Origin: Gloeocapsa sp. PCC 73106
GTDB taxonomy: Bacteria > Cyanobacteriota > Cyanobacteriia > Cyanobacteriales > Gloeocapsaceae
Assembly (NCBI RefSeq): GCF_000332035.1
Contig: NZ_ALVY01000227.1
Coordinates: forward strand, 18,270-42,269
Length of the DNA stretch: 24,000 nucleotides
Reading direction: 5' to 3'
The notes beneath the pieces are model-generated. The model made no database searches. It was not told where the DNA came from and saw only the letters and a list, made by a program, of their open reading frames with translations. Made by a program: the position numbers and the translations under genes. Below, piece by piece: positions 22,911 to 24,000 of this stretch; position 1 is the stretch's first letter; each line of letters begins with the position of its first letter.

Positions 22911-24000
22911 TTAGATTAGACCGGAGCGATTTTGAATATACTCAGGGATGTTAATCTCTACGGGATTGACCTTCCAAATTTCGGTGCAATATTCCCGGAT
23001 CGTGCGATCAGAGGAAAATTTACCCATACGGGCGCTATTGAGGATAGACATACTCGTCCATTTTTCTTGATCTTGATAAGCTTGACTGACTTGATCTTGA
23101 GAGTCAATATAAGCTTGATAGTCCGCTAAAAGCATCCATTGATCCTGATCTAACAGACAGTGGATAATTGGCTCAAACAAAGCGCGATCGCCTCGAGAAA
23201 AATCACCGCTGGCGATGCGATCGATCACTTGTTTCAATTCAGAGTTATTGTGATAGTATTTCATGGGTTTGTAACCGTCGCGTTTGAGAGCATATACTTC
23301 TTCTGCGGTCAAGCCAAACAGGAAGAAATTTTCTGGACCTACCTCTTCGCGAATTTCGATATTAGCGCCATCGAGGGTACCAATCGTTAAAGAACCATTC
23401 ATGGCAAACTTCATATTACCGGTACCAGAAGCTTCTTTACCCGCGGTAGAAATCTGTTCTGAGAGTTCAGCTGCAGGATAAATGCGTTCGGCGAGGGACA
23501 CGTTAAAGTTAGGTAGAAAAACGACCTTCAAACGTCCTTTGACATCGGGATCTTTATTAACCACTTCAGCCACAGAATTAATCAGTTTGATGATTAATTT
23601 CGCCATAAAGTACCCAGGTGCGGCCTTACCCCCGAAGATAAAGGTACGAGGTACGATGTTTATGTTGGGATTCTGTTTAATGCGGTTATAGAGAGTAATG
23701 ATGTGCAGTACGGCTAGATGTTGGCGTTTGTACTCGTGGATACGTTTGACTTGAACATCGAACAGAGAGTCAAGATTGACCTCAATATCAGTCAGCTTGA
23801 GAATATAACCCGCTAAACGAAGTTTATTCTCCTGCTTGATGTGACGCCATTGGTCTTGGAAGCTGCGGTCTTCCGCGTATTGTTCGATTTCCCGCACTTG
23901 GTCGAGATCTTTTAGCCATCCTTCACCTACTTTTTCAGTGAATAGTTGCGCTAATTGGGGGTTAGACAGTAAAATCCAGCGACGCGGCGTTACGCCATTG
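22911..24000 (-). CDS. glgP: glycogen/maltodextrin phosphorylase, C-terminal part (ORF runs off the 3' edge of the window)
   Basis: The frame is open to nt 23999 ([32 protein letters not shown] precedes the listed start, which is an internal GTG). Family motifs: EYKRQHL, the PLP-Lys region [32 protein letters not shown], and [10 protein letters not shown]. Confidence 0.92.
   Translation of the reverse strand, partial: NGVTPRRWILLSNPQLAQLFTEKVGEGWLKDLDQVREIEQYAEDRSFQDQWRHIKQENKLRLAGYILKLTDIEVNLDSLFDVQVKRIHEYKRQHLAVLHIITLYNRIKQNPNINIVPRTFIFGGKAAPGYFMAKLIIKLINSVAEVVNKDPDVKGRLKVVFLPNFNVSLAERIYPAAELSEQISTAGKEASGTGNMKFAMNGSLTIGTLDGANIEIREEVGPENFFLFGLTAEEVYALKRDGYKPMKYYHNNSELKQVIDRIASGDFSRGDRALFEPIIHCLLDQDQWMLLADYQAYIDSQDQVSQAYQDQEKWTSMSILNSARMGKFSSDRTIREYCTEIWKVNPVEINIPEYIQNRSGLI

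Overview
This is a cyanobacterial chromosomal window. I count 22 copies of the HIP1 palindrome GCGATCGC by eye, and the intergenic regions are AT-rich. Most of it is housekeeping: hpf/lrtA, lipB, uppP, a DUF512 radical-SAM-like gene, a ManC-like nucleotidyltransferase, cobK and the 3' part of glgP. Three parts stand out.

(1) 7971-10138, minus strand: an rsr gene (Ro60 ortholog, TROVE + vWA). It is preceded on the same strand by four tandem non-coding RNA modules that each carry a Ro/Rsr-binding helix (UUGUCU paired to AGRC(C)GA with a bulged C).
- One module is a canonical hairpin-type Y RNA.
- Three are tRNA-shaped units in which the Rsr-binding helix sits where the anticodon arm should be.
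- Their acceptor stems carry the tRNA-Ala/tmRNA identity set (G3:U70, A73), with no encoded CCA.
- This topology looks circularly permuted relative to the described YrlA class, which has a capped acceptor stem. It is the most interesting signal in the window.

(2) 721-7106, plus strand: an envelope module made of three genes.
- A ShlB/FhaC-type POTRA outer-membrane transporter.
- A signal-peptide TPR-CHAT (caspase-like) protein 5 nt downstream.
- A receptor-like Ser/Thr kinase with an FGE-sulfatase-like ectodomain.

(3) 20146-22751, minus strand: a 2606-nt group II intron (RT-maturase-HNH) that splits a GT39 (ArnT/PMT-like) glycosyltransferase gene. Joining the exons restores the conserved ORF exactly.

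Also noted:
- A GNAT gene interrupted by one in-frame TGA.
- A ManC-like protein whose phosphohexomutase domain has lost all four catalytic motifs.
- Three convergent gene pairs with overlapping 3' ends.

No rRNA, canonical tRNA or CRISPR array was seen.
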